This document shows, piece by piece, positions 31,272-41,439 of a stretch of 64,000 nt of DNA. The translations under genes and the position numbers were made by a program. Location of the stretch: positions 224,001-288,000 of the forward strand of contig CAVPRW010000017.1 in assembly GCA_963707985.1 (NCBI GenBank), in the 5' to 3' direction. The notes under the pieces are model-generated. The model was given only the letters and a program-made list of their open reading frames with translations. It was not told the DNA's origin and searched no databases. This DNA is from an uncultured Nitrospinota bacterium (GTDB lineage Bacteria; Tectomicrobia; Entotheonellia; J063; CAVPRW01). Every line of letters starts with the position of its first letter. Position 1 is the stretch's first letter.

Positions 31272-31385
31272 CGGATGACTTCCTCCTCCAAGTTCTTAGG
31301 GTTGCCCTGGTTCATCCGCGGTCATTAGCCACAATCCGTCTGCGGAACCTCATCAACTCCATAGAGAGGAGTACAGTAGCTGTGG

Positions 31386-31414
31386 ATTGTATACATGTTT
31401 GTTCGGGTAGTCAA
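31386..31414 (-). promoter_or_regulatory. Sigma70 promoter
   Basis: TTGACT-17 nt-TACAAT upstream of 31271. Confidence 0.65.
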
Positions 31415-31430
31415 CAGAAACAACAGGAAA

Positions 31431-31451
31431 ATAGCAGCTAATTAGCAGTTA
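31431..31451. promoter_or_regulatory. TAGCAG direct repeat with 11-bp period, candidate winged-helix operator
   Basis: ATAGCAGCTAATTAGCAGTTA just upstream of the -35 box; a matching motif lies at 35814-35834. Confidence 0.45.
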
Positions 31452-32111
31452 AAGTAACGGTAAAAAAGCTGTTCAGGCTATGTACGCCAGATAGAAAAGA
31501 ATGATCAGGCTCGCCTGAGTCATCCGCTTAGGTGGGCAAGGGGAGACCTTCCGAAGCTGATGCCCGCTAGTGTGGGAGGGGGCGAAGCAGGTGATCAGCT
31601 ATGCCACAAGTCCTTGCAGACTGGCTGTTTTCAGCTGTGTCCATACGTCCCGGAGGAGGGTATAAGCAGCCAATTGCTAATCTCTTGGTCGATTAGCTTA
31701 ATATTTACAATTAGTTAAATGGAAATCAGGGGGGGGTCTAGTAATGGGACAATAGAGTAAATGGTAGGGTAGGACTGCGCGCTTAAGGGCTAACAGAAGA
31801 TCTCCTCTTCGACGTTTTTCATTGCTTGTGATGAAGTATCAAAATATTCCTCTCTTCCTTGGGAAACCCATCGGGGAAGTATCGGGAGTGGAGGGCGATG
31901 CGGTGGTGCAGGCACTTGAGATTTTCGGAGTAGCGAAGAGGTGGTTAGGTGTCGGAAGTTGTGTGGGAAAAGAAGGAGAAAGGTTTCCAGAGTTGTGCCA
32001 GGCATCTGATGGCGTCACATCGATGCCTGGCACAACTTATAACTATAAACTAGAAGATGTATTTCATGCGATTGGAGAAACTCCATTCCCCAATCGCCCT
32101 TCGGTTATTGG

Positions 32112-32270
32112 CGGCTAGCACATTGTCGTACAAAGCGAACGCCAGCAGCGGCGTCCAGGTCAGCCCCAGCATAATTGCATAGCGTACACCCGCGGCCGCC
32201 TGCCAGCCAAATACGCTCCTGTTGCCGGTAAAATTGTAAATCGGCCCCCCTGAACTATTGTTGCTCTCTA
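32112..32270 (-). pseudogene. C-terminal remnant of a fourth beta-barrel paralog
   Basis: Translates NSSGGPIYNFTGNRSVFGWQAAAGVRYAIMLGLTWTPLLAFALY, matching NFTGNSRYLGWEVAAGLRYQILPGLTWTPRLAYADY. Confidence 0.8.
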
Positions 32271-32707
32271 GGCAACAGAAATGACAGTAAGCTCGTGCGT
32301 GCTGGCGCGAGGTCGTCTCAGACGACAGGTGGCTCCTGATGAAAGTACTTTCAGACGAGATCTTCGGTCGCTAGAAGATATGAGACTTCTGATAATGGAT
32401 AATGAATGATGATGGCGAAGGGATGAGCATTTCAGGAAGTCCAAGAAGGCAATTACATCAGGAACGTGCGAGATAGGGAAAAGGGGGCACTAGCATCGAT
32501 GGCCCCTTGCCTCCTTCTGCGGTCAAAGGAGGGTTTGTTCAAGAATGGGACAGCAGGTTATCGCGGTGTTTTTTGCCGAATCTCTGAATTTTCTAGTGAT
32601 CCTGGGCTTGTTTGAGGAGTGTTTCGGGAGGGAGGCTTCAATGGATGGTGTAAGTGGCATGGCTTAGACAGGGTAGATCAACACGCCGATGGTGAACCCT
32701 CTGCCCC

Positions 32708-33841
32708 TCATTGGCCGATCAGAATTCCCTGCACCACCGCAGCGGACAACGGATCAGCCTGCAGTTGATCGTTGACTGCACCGGCGGTAAACTGCCCCTT
32801 CAGCGAATGAGCTACACGGTTTGCGATATCACTTTTGATCCCAAATACTGCCGTCAGCTCGCAATCGTACTCCTGCGACCACAGATGACCTTGGCTTGCC
32901 ACATCGATCAGCTGCGCATTGATCCGTACCTGGTTGTCAATCCGACGAATACTGCCTTCGACGATTGTCCCCACCCGCAGCTCTCGTCCGATGGTGGCCA
33001 CATCTTTGAGGCTGCCTTTGTACTTCATCACTGAGGTGCGGGCGATCACCGTGAGGCCTTCGATTCGCGCCAGCTCTGCAATGAGGTTCTCTGTCAGCCC
33101 GTCGGCAACGTAAGGTTGGTCAGCCTCCGCGCTGAGGTCGATGAAGGGTAATACGGCAATGCGCGATTTATATGGCGTTACTGTCCCTTCCGCTCTTACC
33201 GCCCACGAAACTGCCCATAACCCCAAGACAACCAGTGTTATGAGCGCCAGGGCCAGCCCTAGGCGCGGCATCCACCATCTCCATCCGCCTCGCGCCTCGC
33301 CACTCCACCGTTCGCCAAGGAATATCACCTCCCGCCTGTGCGTGCCATGCCCGTTCGTTGCAGAGGAGCCGTGCCGCGTCCCCTCCCGCAGTCCGGCAGC
33401 CAAGGACGCCTCTTGTTCACGCCCGTCCTCAATCTCAGTCGGAATATCAGCACTTTCAGGTAGGACGGCCACACCAACAGTGCTTGGCAATGCGACAGTC
33501 CACTCTGCCCCGCCCGCCGGCTCTGGCAGGGGAGACTCGTCGACAGGCGCCACAAAGCGATAGCCATGACCATGCAGCGTCTGGATGATGCGTTGCGTTC
33601 GGCCACTGTCGCCCACCGCCTGGCGAACCAACCGAATGACCCCCTCCAGCGTTGTCTGACTGACGAACTGCCCAGGCCACACCTGAGTGCACAGTTCCTC
33701 CCGCGAGACCACCCGGTCCCGGTGCTCCAGGAGATAAAGACACATCCGAAACACTTTCAAACGTAACCGGAACTCCTGTCCGCCCCGCTGTAAGGTATAG
33801 AGGTTTGTATCTAATGCGCAATCGACAAATCGGTAGATCAT
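32708..33841 (-). CDS. Membrane-anchored ToxR/CadC-like regulator (wHTH-TM-TolB-like), TPR-less paralog 3
   Basis: MIYRF..RDRVVSREEL..IQTLHGHGYRF wHTH; TM RLGLALALITLVVLGLW; SRIAVLPFIDLS..ARTSVMKYKG..LWSQEYD. Confidence 0.85.
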   Translation of the reverse strand: MIYRFVDCALDTNLYTLQRGGQEFRLRLKVFRMCLYLLEHRDRVVSREELCTQVWPGQFVSQTTLEGVIRLVRQAVGDSGRTQRIIQTLHGHGYRFVAPVDESPLPEPAGGAEWTVALPSTVGVAVLPESADIPTEIEDGREQEASLAAGLREGTRHGSSATNGHGTHRREVIFLGERWSGEARGGWRWWMPRLGLALALITLVVLGLWAVSWAVRAEGTVTPYKSRIAVLPFIDLSAEADQPYVADGLTENLIAELARIEGLTVIARTSVMKYKGSLKDVATIGRELRVGTIVEGSIRRIDNQVRINAQLIDVASQGHLWSQEYDCELTAVFGIKSDIANRVAHSLKGQFTAGAVNDQLQADPLSAAVVQGILIGQ

Positions 33842-33892
33842 GCTTTGTCCTTCGCCAAAACATGGGCTGGTTCACTAGTGAGACCAGCCCGT

Positions 33893-33921
33893 CCGCGGCG
33901 CCGGGCCGCCCCGGCGCCGCG
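33893..33921 (-). other. GC hairpin between barrel B and regulator 3 (conserved at 39868-39890)
   Basis: CGCGGCGCCGGG-CCGC-CCCGGCGCCGCG; no U-tract. Confidence 0.55.
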
Positions 33922-33936
33922 CAGCCCCCTCAGCCC

Positions 33937-35466
33937 TTAAAAGATGTAAATCATCCGATTGGCGAAGACCCAGGCATCCATCGCCTTGCGGTTAAACTGA
34001 TTGAGCCCCGAGCCATAATCGGCGTACGCCAGGCGTGGCGTCCAGGTCAGCCCCGGCAAGATCTGGTACCGCAGCCCAGCCGCGACCTCCCAGCCCAGAT
34101 ACCGACTGTTGCCGGTGAAATTGAACCGGGCTTCGTCCTTAAACGTCGGGACGGCCGCGTTCGGACCCGGCGTACTGGCCAGACAGGTCCCGCTGACCGA
34201 CCCCACCCGCAAGTTTGACGGGCAGCCCGGTTTCTCGGCCGCCCAAAAGCCGCCCGCCGCCCCCTCCAGGGTCAGGGTATCGGTGACTTGATACTCCACG
34301 GCGCCCGCCAGGCTCTGCCAGCCAAACCGATCCAACCCCCCGCTCTCACCCATCCGCTGGAAGGTATCGATCGACGTGCCGTCGACCTCCGAGTTGCCAA
34401 AGATCTCGAACCACTCCTGCCAAAATGGGCCGCCATCCGCATTCTGCGGCGCATAATACTTGACCTTGGCGCGATTGCCGATGCCGGTGTTGTTGATGTC
34501 GTCGTTGGCCTTGTTGCCCGAGGCATAGGTCACCCGCCCCTGGAACAGCCAGGGCCCCCACGTGTACGTCCCTATGAGGTTGCCGACATAGCCACTGATA
34601 TCGGTGCTCGTTTGCCCGGTCAGCGCTTGGCTGGCGCTGGTGAAGTTGCGCGTGCCGAGCATGTACATAAAGGTGGGCTCGATGCTCGCATTGCCAATGC
34701 GATAGCGGGAATCGAAGCCCAGATAATAGCGGCTGTCGCTGGCGACATTCTGGGTCGCTCGCACGATATTCTTAAACGGCCCGCTGTTACTCGTCATCCC
34801 GGTGAAGGGCGACTCCGTATAGCCATAGACGAACGGTAGATGCAGATCCAGCCCCTCGACAGGCTTCAGCCGCAGCACCATCCCGGTGGCGAAACTCTCC
34901 CCAAACTTGTCCCCGCCGGGGTAGATGTCGTTGTCCGCGGCGGAGTCCTCCCCGAATTGTGTGTAAAACAGATCTACCGACACCCGTTCACTGAGCGTCA
35001 GCACCGTGTCCCCCCCGGCGGAATCGCCGTGGAGGACGACCGCGCCATGCAGTGGCGTGACCGAAAGCGGCATGGCGCCGAAGCGCGTGCGATTGCCGAT
35101 CGGTACCTGCGGCATGCTGAAATCGACGTACACCCACTTGGTCTTAATGTTCATCTGGTCGGTGTTCCGGTCGTAAAATTCCGGGGAATCCCCATTCGCC
35201 CCCCAGACGCCGTCCAACTCGAAGCCGAACACGCCGCGCAGGTTATCGCTGGCAATGGCATTGAAGTACATGCGCCCACGCGTGCGCCCCATGGTGGTCT
35301 GATCCTCATTGCGCGTAAAATCACCATCCGCTTGGGAAACGTTACTGCGGAAGTGCGGAAACACGTTGTCGACGAACCCCGTCATGCGCAGCTCCGCGGC
35401 CCCTGCCGGGCCAGCCGCGAGTCCAACGACCACCAGGAGCCCTGCCCATCGCACCCCATGCTTCAT
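33937..35466 (-). CDS. Outer-membrane beta-barrel protein, paralog B (intact)
   Basis: Signal peptide ending AGA-AE, alternating aromatic beta-strands, C-terminal NRMIYIF, Cys pair in the late loop. Confidence 0.8.
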   Translation of the reverse strand: MKHGVRWAGLLVVVGLAAGPAGAAELRMTGFVDNVFPHFRSNVSQADGDFTRNEDQTTMGRTRGRMYFNAIASDNLRGVFGFELDGVWGANGDSPEFYDRNTDQMNIKTKWVYVDFSMPQVPIGNRTRFGAMPLSVTPLHGAVVLHGDSAGGDTVLTLSERVSVDLFYTQFGEDSAADNDIYPGGDKFGESFATGMVLRLKPVEGLDLHLPFVYGYTESPFTGMTSNSGPFKNIVRATQNVASDSRYYLGFDSRYRIGNASIEPTFMYMLGTRNFTSASQALTGQTSTDISGYVGNLIGTYTWGPWLFQGRVTYASGNKANDDINNTGIGNRAKVKYYAPQNADGGPFWQEWFEIFGNSEVDGTSIDTFQRMGESGGLDRFGWQSLAGAVEYQVTDTLTLEGAAGGFWAAEKPGCPSNLRVGSVSGTCLASTPGPNAAVPTFKDEARFNFTGNSRYLGWEVAAGLRYQILPGLTWTPRLAYADYGSGLNQFNRKAMDAWVFANRMIYIF

Positions 35467-35813
35467 AAGCCATCCCTCCATAGTACGTTAGTACGTTCAA
35501 GGGTATTTAAGCTCATGCTCTGCCATCTGGCCTTCACTTTCACAGTTACTGTAGTACCCAGCAATCGCCCAATCACCGCGCCACCGGCACACCCGAGCTG
35601 TTTGGATATCAAGAGCCACTATCCCTGCGACTCAGCTTCTATCACCCCCCTTAAATCCTTTCATCCTGCATCAGAATCTTCAACCAGCTGCATATACCCG
35701 ACCGACTGTATACATCGAGGGAACCAGATGAGATACGGGTTCGGCGATGCTGTCCGACCATACACCCGAGCGTGGCACAAAACCTGATGTTTTGCTGTCA
35801 ATTTACGTGTTAA

Positions 35814-35834
35814 TAACTGCTATTTATCTGCTAT
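35814..35834. promoter_or_regulatory. Second TAGCAG 11-bp-period direct repeat, upstream of barrel B
   Basis: Minus strand ATAGCAGATAAATAGCAGTTA. Confidence 0.45.
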
Positions 35835-36316
35835 ATCTCGCACTTGCACTGCTTGTGCATCGGTTATGCTCATTTGGGGTCTTCTGGCAAAAGGCGGGAG
35901 CTCTATGCAGCGTCGGAATCCAACCAGCCGGCGTCAAAAAGAAGGTTCAAATATACTATGCGTGCCAAAAGTCGGACTATGACTACTGGACATCGAGTTG
36001 TGAACAACAGAGTGACTCAAGATTGTTGCTCGTCGCTTCGCGGCAGTCCACGTGCGGGCGCATCTCTGCATGATTGGATTTGATCGACCGCCTGTCCTAA
36101 TTACAGGTGTCCCATGGGATCGATGGCATCCCCAGCTGCGAAGCCAACTGATCCGTCAACATGGCTGGGACGTCCTGAAATCGCTAATGCTGGAGATGGG
36201 CGAACTATTGCGTTGGTAGGGCGGGGCTTTCGGAGCCCCATGGAGGTTTTGGCTTAGATGCCCTTAATACCCCTAAACGCGAACGTTTTGCGGATTTGCA
36301 GAACGTCACAGACGGG

Positions 36317-36447
36317 CTAAACCAGACCACACAAGATTCGTACACATGATCCGCAACGACAAATCCCCCCTTTGACAAAGGGGGGCAGGGGGGATTTGGG
36401 CAGCGACGGCACATGCGAGTGTCCCAATGTCGTGTGGTTCGATTTAG
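36317..36447. repeat. MITE/REP-like composite palindromic element
   Basis: Outer imperfect IR CTAAACCAGACCACAC / GTGTGGTTCGATTTAG around an inner AAATCCCCCCTTTGACAAAGGGGGGCAGGGGGATTT. Confidence 0.55.
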
Positions 36448-36456
36448 AAGTGGTGG

Positions 36457-38196
36457 TCACCGAATCACGAACCGCTTGGGGATTTTGACGGCGGCATCCA
36501 ACGCCTCTTGGTGACGGCCGAGGATCCGCAAGGCTCTCGCCTTATAGCTCCAGGCAAAGGTGGCGTCAGCGGGACAGTTCCGTAGCGCTTGTTCCGCCTC
36601 TGCCAAGACCTGAGTCGCATTGGCGCGGTCCACTGGGGCATTCTCCCAGGGCCGAATGAGTCTATAGATCGGCATCCTCTGCGCGGATTTCTGCCGCATC
36701 ATCATGAAATAGCTGTCGTCCAGGTGTACGAGCGCCCACCCACGCGCCGACAATTCCGGGACGACTTGCCCAGCGCCGATATTCAGCACGATCACGTCCA
36801 CTTGATAGCGCTCCAAGTAGGCATGTAGCTCGGCAGCCCCACCCCTCCTTGCCGCCTGTCGTTCGGCGGTGAGCACGGGTCCTGCCACATACTCCCAGGT
36901 GTAATCTACCTTGACTCTCGGGTGAAAACGCCATAACAACACATCGGCCCGGGCGGAGAAGAAGCGACCCGACAGGCCGAGCCGCTCGACACTTGTAGCG
37001 ACACAAACCGGCTCCTCCCGGCTCCAGGCAAATCCCCCCTCGCGTGGATCAGCCCAGACCGCATGGGCCGACCATATCCCCACGGCAGTCAGCCCGATCA
37101 TCAGGCCACTCCCAACGACAATGGGCCACGACCGCGCACGCCACCCCGAAGGGAGCGATGGCGTGACGAGAGGAGCGGTGATCAGCACGGTATCCAGGAC
37201 CCCGCGTAAATGCCAGAGGCTAAGTGCGAGCCAGGGCACCATGAGACAGAGCGGTACCAGGTCCACCGTGCGCCAGCGCCAGCCGCTGATGCACAGGACG
37301 CCGGCCACCAGCGCCGCATAGGCAAAAAAGACGGGCCGCATGTCGACGAAAGCGCCCCCACTCACCCCCCGCCAGCCGGCGATCGACCAAGGGGACTCCC
37401 ATTCCGGTGTTAAGGCCCGAATCCAACCCGCCTGCATCTCGGCGGGAAAATAGATCAGGCGGGCGCCGTACGGATTCATCAGCAGGGCGAGCAGGCACCC
37501 GACCAGCACCAGCGCCATGGACCACAAGGGCAGCTGGCTAGTGACCCCACAGCCCAGCCATCGCCACCGCAGCTCCATGAGCCCAAGGGCGCCCATGATC
37601 GCCACCAGCAGCACCACGCCTTGCACCCATCCAGCGTGCAGATTAATCCACACGGCAAAGAGGGGCGGCAGCGCCCATAACCAGTGCCATGAGCGCTGTC
37701 CGGTGTGGACGCTGACGATGAGCCAGAGTGTCACCGCGAGAAACGCCGAGCTAAAGAGTTGTGGTCGACATTCAAGCCGGCTCCACATCAGCCCTAGCAC
37801 CAATGGGGCGAGCAGCATCACGGCAGGCCAGGAAGCTTTGAAGAGTCGAGCCGTTTTCAGCATGGCCGTCAGCGCCAGGCCGATCAGACTGAACCGCAAC
37901 AGCATAAGACCCGCCGTGCCGGCGGTCTTCTCGACGAGGTAGAACACCACTTCGGCGAGCCAGCTATGCGCGAGGAACGGCTGTCCCTCTGTGATATAGC
38001 TAAAGGGATCGGTAGTCGTCACCCATCCATGCGCCCAGATCCAGCGGCCGAGCGTCAGATGCATCCAGAGATCCAAGCCGGTGAGGGGCCACAGTCCAAA
38101 CAGCGTCACCACCCCACAGACCACAATGAGCCAGGCCGCCGTTGCTTTCCACCGCGGTAGGCGAGGGCTAGCAGAGCGAGGGGACACTAGCGGCAT
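36457..38196 (-). CDS. Polytopic membrane protein of GT-C-like appearance with a C-terminal TPR
   Basis: DLWMHLTLGRWI..DPFSY..HSWLAE, RPQLFS, WINLHAGW, NPYG, EWES; about a dozen hydrophobic segments; the ORF could start at 38283. Confidence 0.65.
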   Translation of the reverse strand: MPLVSPRSASPRLPRWKATAAWLIVVCGVVTLFGLWPLTGLDLWMHLTLGRWIWAHGWVTTTDPFSYITEGQPFLAHSWLAEVVFYLVEKTAGTAGLMLLRFSLIGLALTAMLKTARLFKASWPAVMLLAPLVLGLMWSRLECRPQLFSSAFLAVTLWLIVSVHTGQRSWHWLWALPPLFAVWINLHAGWVQGVVLLVAIMGALGLMELRWRWLGCGVTSQLPLWSMALVLVGCLLALLMNPYGARLIYFPAEMQAGWIRALTPEWESPWSIAGWRGVSGGAFVDMRPVFFAYAALVAGVLCISGWRWRTVDLVPLCLMVPWLALSLWHLRGVLDTVLITAPLVTPSLPSGWRARSWPIVVGSGLMIGLTAVGIWSAHAVWADPREGGFAWSREEPVCVATSVERLGLSGRFFSARADVLLWRFHPRVKVDYTWEYVAGPVLTAERQAARRGGAAELHAYLERYQVDVIVLNIGAGQVVPELSARGWALVHLDDSYFMMMRQKSAQRMPIYRLIRPWENAPVDRANATQVLAEAEQALRNCPADATFAWSYKARALRILGRHQEALDAAVKIPKRFVIR

Positions 38197-38295
38197 CGAA
38201 CGACCCCTTTCCGGGAGCAGCAAGGATCTTCGGTCAGAGAAATACCGCGCGAGTGTAAGACACTCGCCTGGCCGTGTCAACACCTGCCTGAGTGC

Positions 38296-38414
38296 GGTAG
38301 TGACTCATTTTGAATTTTAATGCAGGCCTGGAGGTCGGTCACAGATACTACGCCGTGATAGGTAGGCCTTACATCGATCACCAGGCGGGCCAGATTTCAA
38401 AATGAGTCACTACC
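38296..38414. mobile_element. 119-bp MITE with perfect 19-bp TIRs and an 8-bp target-site duplication
   Basis: GGTAGTGACTCATTTTGAA / TTCAAAATGAGTCACTACC, flanked by CTGAGTGC at 38288-38295 and 38415-38422. Confidence 0.9.
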
Positions 38415-38677
38415 CTGAGTGCGACAAACGACTCGAAGGCGGCTTTCCCTAAGTAACGCGGCCTTCGGCGACATCAGTCCAGGAGACTACCCTATAGGGT
38501 GGTATCGCAGCTTCCGTCGGGTGTGGGGAGAGAGGTAGGAGTGCGCATGATGGTGTGGAAGTAGGCCAGCTGAACGAGGGAATTCCGCTGACAATCCCGA
38601 CTACAGGAGAAGTCCGTCCAGAGAGGCACTTCCAAGGATTGAAGGTGCAGCGTCCAGGAGGCGCGGGTTGCAGGGTC

Positions 38678-39812
38678 TTAGTTGCCATGCCAGATTTTCT
38701 GCACCAGCGCGGTGAACCACGACTCCCCCTCCCAACGATCATGGATTGGCTGGGCGGTGAGTTGATCCCTTAACCCTTGCGCCAGATGCCTGGCAATATC
38801 ACACTGCGTGGCGAAGACGCCCGTGAGCTCCCGAATATATTCTTGCGACCACAGATGGCCTTGGCTGGCTACATCAATAAGCTGGACGCTGACCCGCACC
38901 TGCTTGTCCAGACTCCGGATGCTGCCTTCGAGGATCGTTCCAACCCGCAGCTCGCGCCCAATGGTGGCCACGTCTTCCAGGCTGCCTTTGTACTTCAGCA
39001 CTGAGGTGCGGGCGATCACCGTTAGCCCAGGGATCTGCGACAGTTGGGCGATCACCTCCTCCATCAGACCATCGGCAAAGTAGGCCTGGTCCGCCTCCGC
39101 GCTGAGGTCGATAAAGGGCAACACCGCTATCCGCGACTTCTCCAGCGGTCCCGTGGCCTTATGGCTTGTCCCCCACCAGAGCCCGAACGCGCCCACTAGC
39201 ACCAAGGCCACCACGGCGAGCCCCTGCCCCCCGCCGATCAACCACCATCTGACTGACCGGCGCTGGTGTGCGGTACATTGCTCCCCACGTGCGGTCGCCA
39301 CAGGACGGTCGGGGGCGTGACCGGGCGCGTCAGGCTGCCACCCCTTCACCTCGCCCGGTGGACCGGAGGCAGACGTGGCCTCCCACCGCTGTACCAACTC
39401 AACCCCCGCGGCACTACTAGCTGTTCGGAGGAGAAGGGCCGATTCAGGAGATTCTGGAGAGCGTCTCAGCCTGTGGCACCTCTTTCCCCACCTTCTTAGG
39501 CGTACGTTCCTCAACGCCGGCCACAAACCGATACCCATAACCGCGCGACGTCTGAATGATGCGTTGCATTCGGCCACTGTCACCTAGCGCCTCACGGACC
39601 GAACGGATGACCCCCTCCAGGGTCGCCTGACTGACAAACCGCCCTCCCCACACCTGGGTGCACAGTTCCTCCCGCGAGACCACGCGGTCTCGGTGCTCCA
39701 GGAGATAGAGACAGGCGCGGAACACTTTGGGCCGCAGCCGAATGCTTTGCCCACCCCGCTGTACACTATAGAGAGAGCTATCGAATGTCACTTCGCCAAA
39801 GTGGTAGATCAT
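38678..39812 (-). CDS. Membrane-anchored ToxR/CadC-like regulator, TPR-less paralog 2; frameshift near 39460
   Basis: wHTH in ORF 39444..39812; TM and TolB-like domain in ORF 38678..39583. Confidence 0.8.
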
Positions 39813-39908
39813 CGTCTAGCCCCCTAAGAACACAGAGGACCGATTCTGCTGCCAACCGCCCGTTCGTCGGCGCCGGGCCGCCCCGGCGCCCCTCAGCTCT
39901 CCAAACCA

Positions 39909-41439
39909 TTAAAAGATATAAATCATCCGATTGGCAAAGACCCAGGCATCCATCGCCTTGCGGTTAAATTGATTGAGCCCACTGCCATAATCGGCATACG
40001 CCAGACGTGGCGTCCAGGTCAGCCCTGGCAAGATCTGGTACCGGATCCCGGCGGCGACCTCCCAGCCCAGATACCGACTGTTGCCGGTGAGATTGAACCG
40101 GGCTTCGTCCTTAAACGTCGGGTCTGGCCGCGTTAGGACCAGGCGTACTGGCCAGACAGGTCCCAGTGATCGACCCCACCCGCAAGTTCGACGGGCAGCC
40201 CGGTTTCTGGGCCGCCCAAAAGCCTCCCGCCGCCCCCTCCAGGGTCAGGCTATCGTTCCATTGATACTCCACGGCGCCGGCGATGTTCTGCCAGCCAAAA
40301 CGATCCACCCCCCCGCTCTCACTCATCCGCTGCCAGGTATCGATCGACGTGCCATCGACCTCTGAGTTGCCAAAGATCTCGAACCACTCCTGCCAAAACG
40401 GGCCGCCATCCGCATTCAGCGGCGCATAATACTTGACCTTCGCACGACTGCCGATGCCGGTGTTGTTGATGTCGTCGTTGGCCTTGTTGCCCGAGGTATA
40501 GTTAATCCTCCCCTGGAACAGCCAGGACCCCCACGTGTGCGTCACCAAGAGGTTGCCGACATAGGCACTGATATCGGTGCTCGTTTGCCCGGTCAGCGCC
40601 TGGCTGGCACTGGTGAAGTTGCGCGTGCCGAGCTTGTACATAAACGTGGGCTCGATGCTGGTATTGCCGATGCGATAGCGTGAATCGAAGCCCAGATAAT
40701 AGGCGCCGTCGCTGGCGACATTCTGCGTCGCGCGCACGACATTCTTAAACGGCCCGCTTTGACTCGTCATCCCGGTGAAGGGCGACTCCGTATAGCCATA
40801 GACGAACGGTAGATGCAGATCCAGCCCCTCGACAGGCTTCAGCCGCAGCACCATCCCGGTGGCGAAAGTCTCCCCAAACTTGTCCCCGCCGGGGTAGACG
40901 TCGTTGTCCGCGGCGGAGTCCTCCCCGAATTGTGTGTAAAACAGATGCACCCCCACCTGGTCGCTGAGCGTCAGCAGCGTGTCCCCCCCGGCGGAATCGC
41001 CGTGGACGACGATCTGGCCATGCAGCGGCGTGACATACAGCGGCATGGCGCCGAAGCGCGTGCGATTGCCAATCGGTACCTGCGGCATGCTGAAATCGAC
41101 GTACACCCACTTGGTCTTAATGTTCATCTGGTCGGTGTTCCGGTCGTAAAATTCCGGGGAATCCCCATTCGCCCCCCAGACGCCGTCCAACTCGAAGCCG
41201 AACACGCCGCGCAGGTTATCGCTGGCAATGGCATTGAAGTACATGCGCCCACGCGTGCGCCCCATGGTGGTCTGATCCTCATTGCGCGTAAAATCGCCAT
41301 CCGCTTGGGAAACGTTACTGCGGAAGTGCGGAAACACGTTGTCGATGAACCCTGTCATGCGCAGCTCCGCGGCCCCCACCGGGCCGACCGCGAGTCCAAC
41401 GACCACCAGGAGCCCTGCCCATCGCACCCCATGCTTCAT
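39909..41439 (-). CDS. Outer-membrane beta-barrel protein, paralog A; frameshift near 40122
   Basis: Near-identical to 33937..35466 from ATG to stop; homology continues beyond the ORF end at 40111 to NRMIYIF-TAA at 39909. Confidence 0.85.

Noticed and set aside
31822..32118. 98-aa plus-strand ORF in the array spacer
   Set aside because: No motif, weak start context, atypical composition; cannot be supported
34288..35787. Long plus-strand ORFs (also 40813..41445, 26594..27667, 45683..46453, 56011..56853)
   Set aside because: Antisense shadows of real GC-rich genes; no motifs
33937..41439. Diversity-generating retroelement (template/variable repeat) explanation for the barrel duplicates
   Set aside because: No reverse transcriptase in the window; the repeats are whole genes and differences are not evidently adenine-specific
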